Assembly: GCA_002633005.1 (NCBI GenBank)
Contig: NMRA01000096.1
Location: forward strand, 124,001-188,000
Direction of reading: 5' to 3'
Source: Phoronis australis
Lineage: Eukaryota; Animalia; Phoronida
DNA length: 64,000 nt
Under the pieces are notes generated by a model. The model worked only from the letters and a program-made list of their open reading frames with translations. It was not told the origin of the DNA and searched no databases. The position numbers and the translations under genes were made by a program. The stretch's first letter is position 1. The number at the start of each line of letters is the position of its first letter. Shown here one piece after another: positions 22,601 through 34,900 of the stretch.

Positions 22601-25600
22601 AGTGTGGCGACAGACGCATTGACTCCTAAAACTAAATCTCCGGATGTTGAAATAAAAAAGGTCAAAGACTGTGGCATTTCTCCAGAGTCTACCTCTGAGT
22701 GTAGTTATAGTTATGTTCAGCTGTTCACAGACTATGAATCAAATGTGGGCGATTTGACAGAATTTGGTGCTGCTCACTTTCACAAGCCAAACAGCGACGG
22801 CAGTGGCGACGGTAAGTCGCATAACGTTCATGACCATCAAGGGGATGACGGAGGGACAGACTTGGACACAACGTTACGAAGTGGAAATGAAGGAAATGGG
22901 GACAGTTTTCACGCTGTGCTCAGTAACTCTAGTCAGCCCCCACCCGAGCTGTTTAGTATAATTAGTTATGATAGTGATACCGAGCGTAAGGACAGTACGC
23001 TATCTGAAAGTGACACATTGGCTGCGATTGATAGGATACCTGGAATACCTGAGGAAACTAGTGACTCAGCTTTTCAAGAGAATGGTGTGCCTCATGTCGT
23101 AGGGCAGTACGATAATGCAGGTCAGTCAGAAATCAATGCCACAAGTAGCCTTTCTGAAGCATCGGACTTGATCTCCAGTGCGAAGGAGTTACTGAAGTCA
23201 GTTGACGAGGCTTTAGCTGAATGTGATAGCGATGAGATTACGTCTTCTCAGAGTCAAAAGCCATCTCTACAGTCACAGAGTGTAGATGAGCACGGACATT
23301 TCTCTGCTGATATTAGCATTTATGACATTAATCGTAGCTACAATAGTGATCATAGTATCGATGCCAACATAACCACACAGTCTGAGAAACATGAATTACT
23401 TGAAGATTCGTCTCTGAAGCGTGATGAAAAGCTAGAATCTGACTTTACTTCAGTTGTACCTGACTTTCCCAGACCTCTTTGCCGCCAACTATCGCAGAAC
23501 ATGTCTTTGGACAGAAGTTTTGATTCCCCTCGCACGTACAAAAACCGAGGGCATCTGTTCTCCACCGTTTTCTCGGATTTGGATGCAATGGCGTCCAAAG
23601 TTTCCTCGTTCAAACTGCCCGAGGCATGCGTCTGTCAGTGGGTGGCAGAGATCATTGTGGCAGTAAGTCACCTTCACTACCTGGGAATTATTTGCTGGTA
23701 AGGCAAACTTTATTATAATATCTCAACAAGTTTTCTGTTCAATTTCTGTTGAAGATGTACCCATGACCAATAGAAGTACTCATGCATGGATCTATCAAAA
23801 CACACTATTCACATTTCTGTTCTACTGCCATTATGCCACAAAGCTACCTGTAAAATTGATGAAACGTCAATAAAATAAAGTTTTGCTCAACTGTTGACCG
23901 GACAGAGTTAACATGACAAAACTAATTACATGATGAGTTGTGAATATTTTGTTTATGTCACTGTAAACAAAACTTGTCTATAATAACCATGCACTAGTAT
24001 TAATTTCTTAGATCCAATGTTAGATTTATAATTAGATTAAGTTCCGGTGATATTGCCCTGTTAATGTGTGCGTTAGCACAGTACTTTGATTATCGTGCTT
24101 TTAAGCACTATAATGAGATTTTAATTAAAATGAAAAACGTTGAATGTTTGATTATAAGTTTACTTTGGTCAAAAAAGTGGATACACTGTGGTCGGAATGG
24201 AGTTAGCAGTTGTTGTTGTTGACCTAACAAATCACTTTATTTTATTGCACTCAATATAATATCCATGGGAATTAATACGCTGTTGTTAAGGGGCTATAAA
24301 TTCTGAAAATACATATCAGTCATAACAAGTACGTCACAAAAAAGTAAAATGTCACTCAGAAACACATTTTGACAATACATCCGTTCAATGTTTGTTTCAG
24401 TGATCTTAGGCCAGACAACATCCTATTGGGTGACCGAGGCCACATCCTGTTGACCTTCTTCAGTCAGTGGCGGTGTGTGTCGCGCTCTCTAGACTCGCAG
24501 GCCATAGATCTGCTGTACGTCGCACCTGGTGAGTGAATCATGTCCAGTCGAAATGCTGCAGCCATTTTGTGGAATGAATTTCTGAAATGTCCTTAAAGAG
24601 TCAACCAATCCATGTGATTGGCTGATTCATATCTGCAACTTTTTTTAAAACATTCATACAGTTTAGGGTTTTGTAACTATAAAGCCAGATGTGGGTTATG
24701 ACTTAGAATCGAATCTGTGTAAAAAGTACTGCTTCTGCTTTGCACTACCTTGACAGAAGCTTCTGTGTGTCCACAAAATTGTACTAGAAAAATTTTTAAT
24801 GTTCTTGGGTTTCATTCTATACTTACCGACACCCTTCTCCATTAGAAATATTTTCAATAAACAAAATAGCAATTTTTCCTCTCCCTACAGACAGTTTTTC
24901 AGAAAATTTCGAAGCTACGCACCTCGCTAGTAGCCCCTCCCTCCAATGTACATTTTGTGCAGTTTTGAAAATGTGGCTTAATTTTGGACGACTTAGTCTG
25001 TGAGCTGCGTTAGGGCATTTGTCATATTGTCCGAGTAGCTTGTGAAATTCCTTTTGGTCTGCTGATAGGATTTTCGGTGGTCATTTACAGTTAGGTGGCA
25101 ATGAAGTTGTAAAGATTGGGTTGTATTATTAAGTTTTCATTAATTGCATACGAATAACACTATTATTTCTGCAGAATTGAAGCGGCCCATTCAGCCGTCG
25201 CCAATCTGTGACTGGTGGAGTGTTGGTGTGCTACTGTACGAGCTACTCACGTGTCAGACACTGGTATCAGCGCACCCTGCTGGTATTACCACTCACACCC
25301 AGTTGCTCATTCCCGATCACGTATCCGAGGAAGCGCGATCTCTCCTCAGTCAGGTAAGACAAGGCATGACAAGGAAATAGATTGGTTACTTGTTGTCTTA
25401 TTGGCCGATCGTCTCTTTTTACATAACCCTCTCATGATTTCCACCTAGGATATTTTGTGTTTCAAGTGCAAGTGTTGTGAGTTAATTCACACTGTGTCTT
25501 GTAGGCATTTTCCTCTTTTTATATTCTTGCTTATTTCTGCTAGAGTGTGGTGACACTTAGTTCTTTCCCATGTAACGTGAATTGTTCTTCACTTTCATTT

Positions 25601-25732
25601 TCCTGTTGGTACACTGTTTTGCAGTTGCTTGTTGTTAATCCACAAGAAAGACTGGGGGCTGGATTGAATGGTGCCGAAGAAATTAAAAGTCATCCGTTTT
25701 TCTCCAAGATTGACTGGAACAAGCTCAGCTAA
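13634..25732 (+). CDS. RPS6KC1: Ribosomal protein S6 kinase delta-1 (PX + MIT + split pseudokinase), complete, 12 exons, ~1115 aa
   Basis: Exons 13634-13750, 16358-16393, 16814-16931, 17261-17376, 18531-18673 (donor chosen by phase, least certain), 19329-20035, 20737-20858, 21256-21411, 22280-23697, 24401-24528, 25175-25353, 25625-25732; total 3348 nt in frame. PX motifs [11 protein letters not shown] and [12 protein letters not shown]; MIT motif [31 protein letters not shown]; kinase motifs [37 protein letters not shown]. Confidence 0.95.
13867..14811. mobile_element. Intact non-autonomous Mutator-like element (MULE) in RPS6KC1 intron 1
   Basis: ~280-bp terminal inverted repeats beginning TAGGCAATGACCATCGCCTCTG / ending CAGAGGCGATGGTCATTGCCTA; perfect 9-bp target duplication GCCTACGAC (13858-13866, 14812-14820). 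Confidence 0.9.
15987..16245 (+). mobile_element. Degenerate solo TIR of the same Mutator-like family
   Basis: CTTTTGCGCATAGAGGGACAGCTTAG and TTCCAACTCGAACAAAT match 13997-14063. Confidence 0.75.
18030..18400 (-). mobile_element. Fragment of the pearl/HINE-like repeat family
   Basis: Reverse complement carries AAATTGCCACTAGGGGAC..AGTTGGATTGG..CAAGGAGTTTAGGAGATAG, matching core units at 44200-44330 and 46110-46250. Confidence 0.6.
20286..20360. repeat. Degenerate ~21-bp tandem repeat
   Basis: GGATAGAATTCATAAATTA-like unit repeated about 3.5 times. Confidence 0.6.
21534..22040. mobile_element. Non-autonomous TA-target DNA transposon (Tc1/mariner-pogo type)
   Basis: TA|CCAGCAATATACGAAAATAAGCCCA ... 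TGGGCTTTTTTCCGTAAATGCCTGG|TA imperfect TIRs with TA flanks. Confidence 0.7.
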
Positions 25733-27770
25733 TGTTAGCATCTCAGAGTGGATAGTTTAATCCTCTGAAATCATCATGCAGTATTAGCACAACTGAGTGA
25801 TTGTAATATGTGCAATATGAAGTGGGAGAAACGCTTGGGTGCTTCTGCTGGTGAATAAGGGACACCTTTTGATAGACAACAGTGAAAATATTGAACAGTT
25901 GAATTCACATTTTCCTTAATGTACTCAATGTACTAAAACGCACATTATAATCGTGATACACAACCAATCGCATTATGTCTCATACTTTTCCGTGCCGTGA
26001 CAGAATTTGATTTCCATTCCCAACGAAAAGATCGAGAAAATGGGCAGATGAAGAAGAACATCAAAAAGTCATCAATTTTTACAGGATAACCAATTCTTCC
26101 AAAATTTGGCCACTTCATATCCATTGCCAATAATCCCATGATTCCTTTCAATGGTAGAAATAATTGTGGTCATGGCAAGAAAATTTTTGTTACAGTAAAT
26201 TGGCCCGTTCCTTGATTTTCATATCAAGGTCATGTGTTGGGAAGGTAGTGTCCTTTTAATTTTTTTGTGCTGACGATTGAATCTTTTATTGTTGTTTCAA
26301 TAACAGAAACTAAGAGCACAAAATAAAAGTTTACCATAGGAGGAACAGTGACGGGGGGGGGGGCAAAGTTTTTGGACAACGTTGTTAGTCACTTCGAGGC
26401 ATGGATGTGTATCCCAAGCTGCCATTTTGGTTGAGTGGAGAAACATCAGAGGACTACTCCATGACACAAGACTCGGCTAATAAGATCACATATCTTTCTT
26501 GTAATGCGTGACGCCATCTCTGGAAGTCTTGTGATCTCGCCAGACTCGGAAAAAATTAATTTTGTGGATCACAGCCCAGGATAAAACAAAGGTAGTGAAG
26601 ATTTCATAATATGTTGTTGAATTAGAACTAGTAATTTAAGATCAGAAAGAAGCTGTGAACCTAAAACACAGAAGTAGGTCATCACATTAAAATGGTAACT
26701 GTTAACTGTGTTATTGATTACAAAACCTTCGAGTTTATTATTATGGTGAAAGCAAACTATTGTTGATACCATTGATGTTTTTTTTCAATGGCATTGTAAA
26801 ATCAAAACTATTCTAAAGGGTTTTGAAAGAAAAGTTAGGTTTGGTAGCAGCTTCCCTTGGTACACAAAATTGATTGAAGACACATCTGTTAGACTCATCT
26901 GTTATAGTCTTAATGGGCACTCTCTCAAACTCACTGTATATTTGCCGATTCTCTAAAGAACAAAGAACAAAGAGATATTACAAAGGTATCATGTAAAATT
27001 AATAAAGTATTAAAATTGTAAAGGTGCAACAGTGTTGTGTCTTCAACATAAGAATATATGGTATATATACTTAAAATGATGACAACAAATTTTAGATTAC
27101 TGTAACTTTATTTTGATATCACATACAGTGCTGAAAAATATAGACCCACTCATTTTACGTTGGTTACGCACTGACTACACTGTACATTTTCATTTGTATT
27201 TCAGCAAGTTGTAATGCATGTTTCTGTTTGATGTACATTAGTTCAACAAGGTTGTGGTTTGTTCTAGTGATGTTTAGATGCAGGTATCTGCATTTGTGTG
27301 AGCTTAGTCCCACCTCTGGTGATAAAATGTTCTGAGAATGTTTCCCCAAATCCTGGAGCAGAGTATCCCTAAGTCCATGTTAATTAAAATTAGTGAGTGT
27401 AATCTCCAAAGCTTTCAACTTTAAAGTGGCAGATTATTTCAAAATTTACACCTGACTGTGTCTTCCCATGTACCTTTTTTACAAAGCAGTTATCATTTCC
27501 AGACTTGTGTGCACTTCATGTTTTGCCTATGCATCAAAATGCTGCTGTTACAGTGCTGATTTTTTATGAAATGAAAATTGTACAACTAAAAAAGGGCATG
27601 AATCGTGCAAGGGGTTCCTGAGCATTGCTCAGCTAGCTGTCGTGATTATTCCACTATGTACTTAAAGCAGTTGGAGCATCTGTCAGTGGTGTTGTATAAT
27701 GAAATTTCATTGTTTGTGTTTTTGTATCGAGCAGACTGAACTTTGATGAAACAAAGCTTTTTATGCTTTT

Positions 27771-27800
27771 AATAAATAAGTTATTTATGTTTTCAATAAA
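27771..27800 (+). terminator. AATAAA signals, probable end of the RPS6KC1 3' UTR
   Basis: AATAAA at 27771-27776 and 27795-27800 followed by T-rich sequence, ~2 kb after the stop. Confidence 0.5.
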
Positions 27801-28195
27801 TGATTCTTTTTACTGTATTTAATAGTCTGTTTGTGGAAAGCAGGGTAGTATATTCTGCATGCATGCCTACGCCATGATGGCATATTTGCAAGAGAGTAAT
27901 TCACAGACTAAATTATCAAATCTATTTTCCAAATCCCATGAACAAGTTACCTTAAAATATTAAACAGTCTTTGATAACAGTAGTTTGAATGGTTCTGCCA
28001 ACAATAAATTCTCATCTCATAAGAACTTTATAATATCAAAGAGCAAGACAAAAATTGTCGTGCATAACAAAGTTGAAAAATGCAGATGACAAGCGGAATT
28101 ATTAGAGTTTTAAATAATAAAATAACAGATTTTAAAAATCTTCCGAGACAACAAAACTCACTTTGTCGAAAGCAGGCAAAAGCCAATAACAAATA

Positions 28196-28797
28196 TTTTG
28201 TCTGCATCTCATTTCAATTAATGAAAAACAAAAACCCCTATTTTACAACTAAAGTAGTAAGTCGCTCACAGTGGCCCTACATTTTGAGTAACCAGTTTGA
28301 TGCCTGTTAATCAGTGGAGAAAACTGGTTCTCAAAATGCAGGACCCCTTTAAGTGACTATTGTCATTAGAGCTGCAAGAAGTGCCATTTTCGAAAATTTT
28401 GGTTCATGATTCTGCATGGAACACTTAGCTTAGTTCTTTAATACAGATAGTTATCACGATTCCTAATTATACCTATCACTAGGTACCACATGGAAATCGC
28501 AACTACCACTAGGTACAAAGTGGAAATCACACTTACCACTAGGCAGAGTGGAAATCTTATTTACCACTAGGTACCACATGGAAATAACCCCTACCACTAG
28601 GTACCACATGGAAATTGCACCAACCATTAGGTACCACATGGAAATTGCACCTACCACTAGGCACCAATTAGAAATCAAACCTATCACTAGGAACAGTGCA
28701 GTAATCGCACTTTAGTGCTAGGTACCACGTGGAAATCACCTATCGCTAGGTACCATGTGGAAATCAAACCTATCGCTAGGTACCATTTGGTAATCGT
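28196..28797 (+). repeat. Composite repeat: ~275-bp leader with embedded MITE plus ~30-bp minisatellite (11 units)
   Basis: Leader duplicated at 29931-30210; unit TACCACTAGGTACCACATGGAAATCGCAAC repeated from ~28472 to 28797. Confidence 0.9.
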
Positions 28798-29200
28798 TGA
28801 TTGCTTCATCGGGAACATTCACTGACACTAACTTGATTTATTTCAGCTAAAGTCAGACCTTCAACTAGACCTAATATACTGCTGCGTGGCGCCTACTGTA
28901 ATGAGACAGATAATGAACTAATGCTAACATTATTAAGCGCAGCCCACTTCAATTACAAGCGATTCTAATAACCTCTGCTAAATTAACAAATGTTGTAAAC
29001 AACCTCTACCCACCCAATAATACCTATCACCATTACCCATCTCCTCAACAAATAACATGATCAAAACTTAGATACAAAAATACAACAAAAATAACGGTAT
29101 AACCATTAGTTACCATAAGCTACGACCAAACAACCTTAAAATACTACCCATAACATGTTCAGTGTATTAAAAATAGGTACAATAAAATTGAAATAACCAG

Positions 29201-29448
29201 GGGCCTGTTCCAAGAAACTGACTTAAGTTCATTTTTGACATAAGTTTAAGATTTGTCTTAACTCCCAAACTCTGAAACCTCCACAGTCAGCAAGTTAATG
29301 GAAATTAAGACAAAACTTATATCAAACACTTAAGTCATACTTAAGATCTCTTTCCTGAATCGTTTTTGAGACAAATTTAACTTTTATTTTAAAATTTACT
29401 AAAATTTAAGATTTGTCTTAGCTAAGTCAGTTTTGTTGGAACGGGTCC
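29201..29448. mobile_element. PIF/Harbinger-type MITE
   Basis: TIRs GGGCCTGTTCCAAGAAACTGACTTA / TAAGTCAGTTTTGTTGGAACGGGTCC flanked by 3-bp CAG duplication (29198-29200, 29449-29451). Confidence 0.7.
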
Positions 29449-29930
29449 CAGATCAACAATTACATATAAAAGAGTTTTAGTAAAACAGCAAAAACATTAA
29501 AGATACCTAGATAATTTCTTCACCAAACTTTTACTTTTAGTAATCTATGGACAGGCTTCAAGACTTAAAATTGTATCCCTAATACACTGCTGTGTGTACA
29601 AGTTTTAACAGTTAAGACACGGTGTTACACAATTTTACCCCAAGGCTCTTTGCGCTTTTTTGTCTCCATGTACAGTAACACCTTCGGTAAAATATCACTG
29701 GAAAGTTGTATGCTTGCAGGAGACTTCTGCTATATTTGGTGGAGAGCGTCTCCCATAGGCATTTGTCAGAACTATCCATTAAGCTTCAAGACGTGTTTGC
29801 AAACAAACCAAGACAAGAGTGATAGACTGCTTGAAGCCAGTTTACAGATAAATTGAAGATGTAACCAAAGTGCTCTATCAAAAATCTAACAAAAACACAA
29901 AAGTGACTTAATGGGCCGAGCAAAAATTTT

Positions 29931-31625
29931 TTTTGTCTGCATCTCATTTCAATTAATGAAAAACAAAAACCATTATTTTAGAACTAAATTAGTAACAGTC
30001 GCTCACAGTGGCCCTACATTTTGAGTAACTAGTTTGATGCCTGTTAATCAGTGGAGAAAACTGGTTTTCAAAATTCAGGACTCCTTTAAGTGACTATTGC
30101 CATTAAAGCTGCAAGAAGCGCCATTTTCGAAAATCTTTTGGTTCATGTTTCTACATGGAACACTTAGCTTAGTTCTTTAATACAGAGAGTTATCACGATT
30201 CCTAATCACACCTATCACTAGGTACCACATGGAAACTGCACCTACCACTATGTACCACGTGGAAATTGCAACTACCACTAGGCAGAGTGGAAATCTCATC
30301 TACCACTAGGTACCACATGGAAGTGCACCAAGCACTAGGTACCACATGGAAATCGCAACTACCACATTAACCAATTTTCATAACAATTCTTATAGTGATT
30401 TGGCCGATGGAGATGGATGCCAAAAACAAACTAAAACATATAAAAAATCTGCCACTAGGAGGCATCCACAAGGTCAAATCCATCAGAAAATGAAAAGGTG
30501 TCATTGCCTCATTAATAGAAAGAACTCCCAAGATATGAAGCAAAACAGAAAAAATAAAATTGCCACTAAGGGGCACAGTGGGAGTTGGATCTGTCTGAAT
30601 GTCGTCGCCATCCCTTGTCACCATCATACAAATACAATTGACAAATTTAACAAAGATCCTGTAGAGGGTAAGAGATACAACCAAAGATGCAAAGAAAACA
30701 AAGCTGCCACTAAGATGCACTTAAATAGTCGAAGATGTCCAAAAATGATCGTCAACCGTCCCCTTACCAGTAAAAACAATTTTCATAATCAGCCTGAGAG
30801 TGGTTTGGCCAACAGAGAGGCAAATGCCAAAAATAGGTTCAAAAATAGTAGAGATGGCGACTAGGTGACATGCACTACATCAAATCCATCTGAAAATGGA
30901 AAAATGTCATGGTCTCTTCAATAGAAATCTGTTTATTTGCCAAATTTTATAAAAAATCCGTCCAGATACTCCTAAGATACAGAGTAGCTGGATCTGTCCA
31001 AAAGTTGTCGTCACTTGTTGTCACCTTATAAATACAATACACTCAACAAATTTAACAAAAATACTGGAGAGGGTTTAGGAGATACAGCCATGGACGCAAA
31101 AATACAAACTGCCACAAGGAGGAGACACTGTAATTGAAGCCATCCAGAAATCATAGCCAGCTGTCCTCTTCCCAGTAAGAATAAATTATGTCAATTTTCA
31201 TAACCATGGTGGTTTGACCTACAGATGGGCAGACGCAACTCTAAAACAGTAAAATGGCCACTAGGTGGGGTATAATACATTGAATCTGTTCAAAAACATG
31301 AAGATGGCGTTGTATTCTTAATAGATATCTATTTGCCAAATTTCTTGAAATCTGCTAAGGAAACAAAAGATACAGAGGGATACATAAAAAACTAAAGTTG
31401 TTACCAAATGCCACGCCAGAAGACGGATCCATTTGAAAATTCACTCGTGCAGTCCCACTCACAAAACGAACATAACACTGCAAAATTTCATGAACACAGT
31501 TACATCAAGTGGGTTTTGGAAATATAGTAGCGGACAACGGACAGACGGACGGAAATGATAGCATAATGCGCCTACATATAAATATATGGGCGCACCCACA
31601 TATAAATATGTGAGCGCATAAAAAT
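29931..31625 (+). mobile_element. pearl/HINE-like (Helentron-associated) non-autonomous element with internal tandem repeats
   Basis: Leader and 30-bp units, then degenerate longer units with a GCCACTAGG core, a GGAC/AGAC microsatellite (31530-31552) and terminal palindromes TGCGCCTACATATAAATATATGGGCGCA. Confidence 0.65.
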
Positions 31626-31951
31626 GCGAACAATTCAACCACAAAGTCACTTTCAAACAAACAGCGCTTAATATAACTTAAAACAACGCACTACAATGTT
31701 CCAGTTTCTCCAACATGACATGCATAGTATTTTTAAACAAATTCCTCTCATAATAACAAAACAAAAGGGGCAAGGATTCGGCCTGAGACCAAAATATAAA
31801 TTTTATAAGGGCACTTTTCTCAATGGATTGAAGTTTTCATATTTTCCTAAATTCAATCGATTTGAATTTTTACCTGAATGGTTTAGGAAATACGAGACAG
31901 AGAACAGAGCTGGAACTCTGACCCCAGGTTTTATTGTAACCACAACAGCCA

Positions 31952-34900
31952 CTAAAGCTCAGTGTGTGCATGGTGGCTTTTAGTGGGATGTCTGCCCACT
32001 TTGTGATAAAGACGAGAATCCGAGAGATCATCCTGGGGTATAGTTGTTTCTGTATGCTCAGTAAGGGGCTCCTCGAGAGGTTTAATCGGTGTACTAACAG
32101 GCGTTTCTTCATCTACCTCTTCTGGTTCGAGCTCAGTGGATGAGTAGTCTACCAATTCAGCTGCAAAAATGGTACGATAAAATAAAGCTTGCTAGAAAAT
32201 ACGAGATCATTAAATATGGCCCATGCGAAACACAGTAACAATAACATAGATTTTTTACTTTGATCTTTAAGTTTTGTAGCCACAAGCAACAAACAGCGAA
32301 ATTAGATTATGATTTTGGTATATACTCTGCAAAATGCCTTATAAAATTTTCTACAAAAACAAACAAGGATTTCTGCTCTTACATTCATTCAAATACAATT
32401 ATTTACTATGAAAACGCAACATATCTTAATCGTTTTCAGTTTCAAACAAAAAAAACATAATAGTGCCACGTATAGCCAGTCAGACAAACCACACTTTTGT
32501 TACCTGGCATGGGATTTAAGTTCCTCTCTTCTCTCAATCGCTGTGCAGCCATAGCTTTCATTGGAGTGAGCATATCATACATCGGACTAGTGGGTATCCA
32601 TTCTGTCTTCTTCAACTGGCCTGGAGTGGAGAGCAGACGTCAAACAGATGCACACTAAGGAGATACAGAATTACCTTAGTTTTTACATAACATTACAAGG
32701 CACCAAATCTTCCCTGCCTACATGTGATTCCGGCCTGACTGTGAACAGAAACTGATCTTCTCTTGTGCACACTATTCCTCTCTGAGAATGCATATTTCCC
32801 TATGCCGTACCACCTTCCCACTGAAAATACTCTTGAACTCAATTTCCACCCAACAATACACAACAGCAACTATGAGATGCTAACAATAAAATATAGTCCA
32901 GCAGCTCAATAGACAATTTGGTTCGTGAGCACGGAACTAGTATCACAGGTAAGGAATAATGTGCGACGGGCAGGGTTGGTCTGTGTGTGAGCAAAGAAAT
33001 ACGTTCGAGCGAAACAAGAAATAGTGTGGAAGAGAGACTATACATCACCGATACAGAAATTATCATGCGTGAGAGAAGTTTTGTGTGCAGGAATACCCAA
33101 GCTTTACTCCAACAGGGAAGTCTATTAGTGCTTTGCGTTATGGTGAAATTTGAGAACTCAGTACAAAACGAAACCACCCAAAGAAAACATGAGGCCTGAC
33201 TGAAGAATATCTCACAAATCTTTCACTGTAAAAAATTAATGAAGCTTAGCGACCTTAAATGCAAAATTTTGAAAAAGGAAATTAATAATTAAGTTACGTC
33301 ACTTCAGTTATAAATTTGGTAGTAATAAGTTAGAACTTATTCATTACTAACATAGTTTTGATTAAAAACACGACTATACTTTCTGTTGCACAGCTTCATA
33401 ACACTTGAGCATACTCTGTTACAGTCGGGTTTTTAATTAAGTCTGCGTTAATAAAGAAGTATTGATTGAACTGTTAAGAAAACAATACTCTTTGATTAAC
33501 AAAGAACTGACCATTCGTTATTGCTTAGAATTTATTAGTTGGACTGTCACAGTGGTTATGATTTGAGCTGCAACATCACAGAACTGCTGGCTCTATTCCT
33601 CGCTCAGAAAACATCACCAATCTGAGTATGGAACAAGATGAGACTTATTTTATAGTACTGGAACATGTTCTAAACTGTTCTATTTAGAAACCAATGTTGG
33701 AGACTTAAGTTTTAAGCTGATATTGTTTATTTATTTATTATTGTGATATTTAAAATGAGGATGGCCTCTTCAGTGATAGCACTGCTTTCCAAGAGGGCCC
33801 TCAACAAGAAAAACAGTAATATAATACAATGAAGTAATAAAACAACAATGAAATATAGGTAACAAAGATACAATTAAAACAGGTTGAGAATTAAGACAAT
33901 AACGAAATGACAAATAATGGTAAAAATTTAACCAAGACAGATGAAATAAATTAAGAGATGATTCTAGACAGTGAGAGTATTACATGATTAAGACAGGCAG
34001 GGTATAAAAGGTCAAGTAAATTACAGCCACTTTTTAATATTTACTTTAAAGGTAGTAATTGAATTGGACCGTTTAATTTCTGGGCTAAAAGAATTCCATA
34101 TTATAGCAGCTGCATAGATAAAAGATCTCTTGCCCATCTCGGTTTTAATTTTTTTAGAATAAACATTGCGAGCAACAGAAGAACGTGTAGAATATACAGC
34201 CTGGCTGCTATTGAATTTACTGCTGAGATATGCTGGAGCCAAGCCATTGATACATCTGTACATACAACAGGCAGAGAGATATTTATTTCTTTGTCTTATT
34301 TTNNNNNNNNNNNNNNNNNNNNNNNNNNNNNNNNNNNNNNNNNNNNNNNNNNNNNNNNNNNNNNNNNNNNNNNNNNNNNNNNNNNNNNNNNNNNNNNNNN
34401 NNNNNNNNNNNNNNNNNNNNNNNNNNNNNNNNNNNNNNNNNNNNNNNNNNNNNNNNNNNNNNNNNNNNNNNNNNNNNNNNNNNNNNNNNNNNNNNNNNNN
34501 NNNNNNNNNNNNNNNNNNNNNNNNNNNNNNNNNNNNNNNNNNNNNNNNNNNNNNNNNNNNNNNNNNNNNNNNNNNNNNNNNNNNNNNNNNNNNNNNNNNN
34601 NNNNNNNNNNNNNNNNNNNNNNNNNNNNNNNNNNNNNNNNNNNNNNNNNNNNNNNNNNNNNNNNNNNNNNNNNNNNNNNNNNNNNNNNNNNNNNNNNNNN
34701 NNNNNNNNNNNNTCCCCTGATCCATATTATTAAAGATAAACTCAGTAGCATGAATGTTTGTAGTAAGAGTGGAATGCAAGGGGCAGAAACCAGACTGTGC
34801 TGCCGAGAGAAGGGAATTTTGCTCCAGGAACTGGTGAAGCTGCTTTTGAACACACCTTTCAAGAATTTTGGACACTGCAGGGAGGACCGATGTTGGTCTA

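Noticed and set aside
28463-28797. CRISPR-sized 30-bp repeats and repetitive ORF (WYLVVGAISM)n
   Set aside because: Head-to-tail minisatellite without spacers; the ORF follows from a unit length divisible by three.
30346-30864. 172-aa ORF
   Set aside because: Lies inside the HINE-like repeat; Lys/Asn-rich composition reflects A-rich DNA; no domain recognised.
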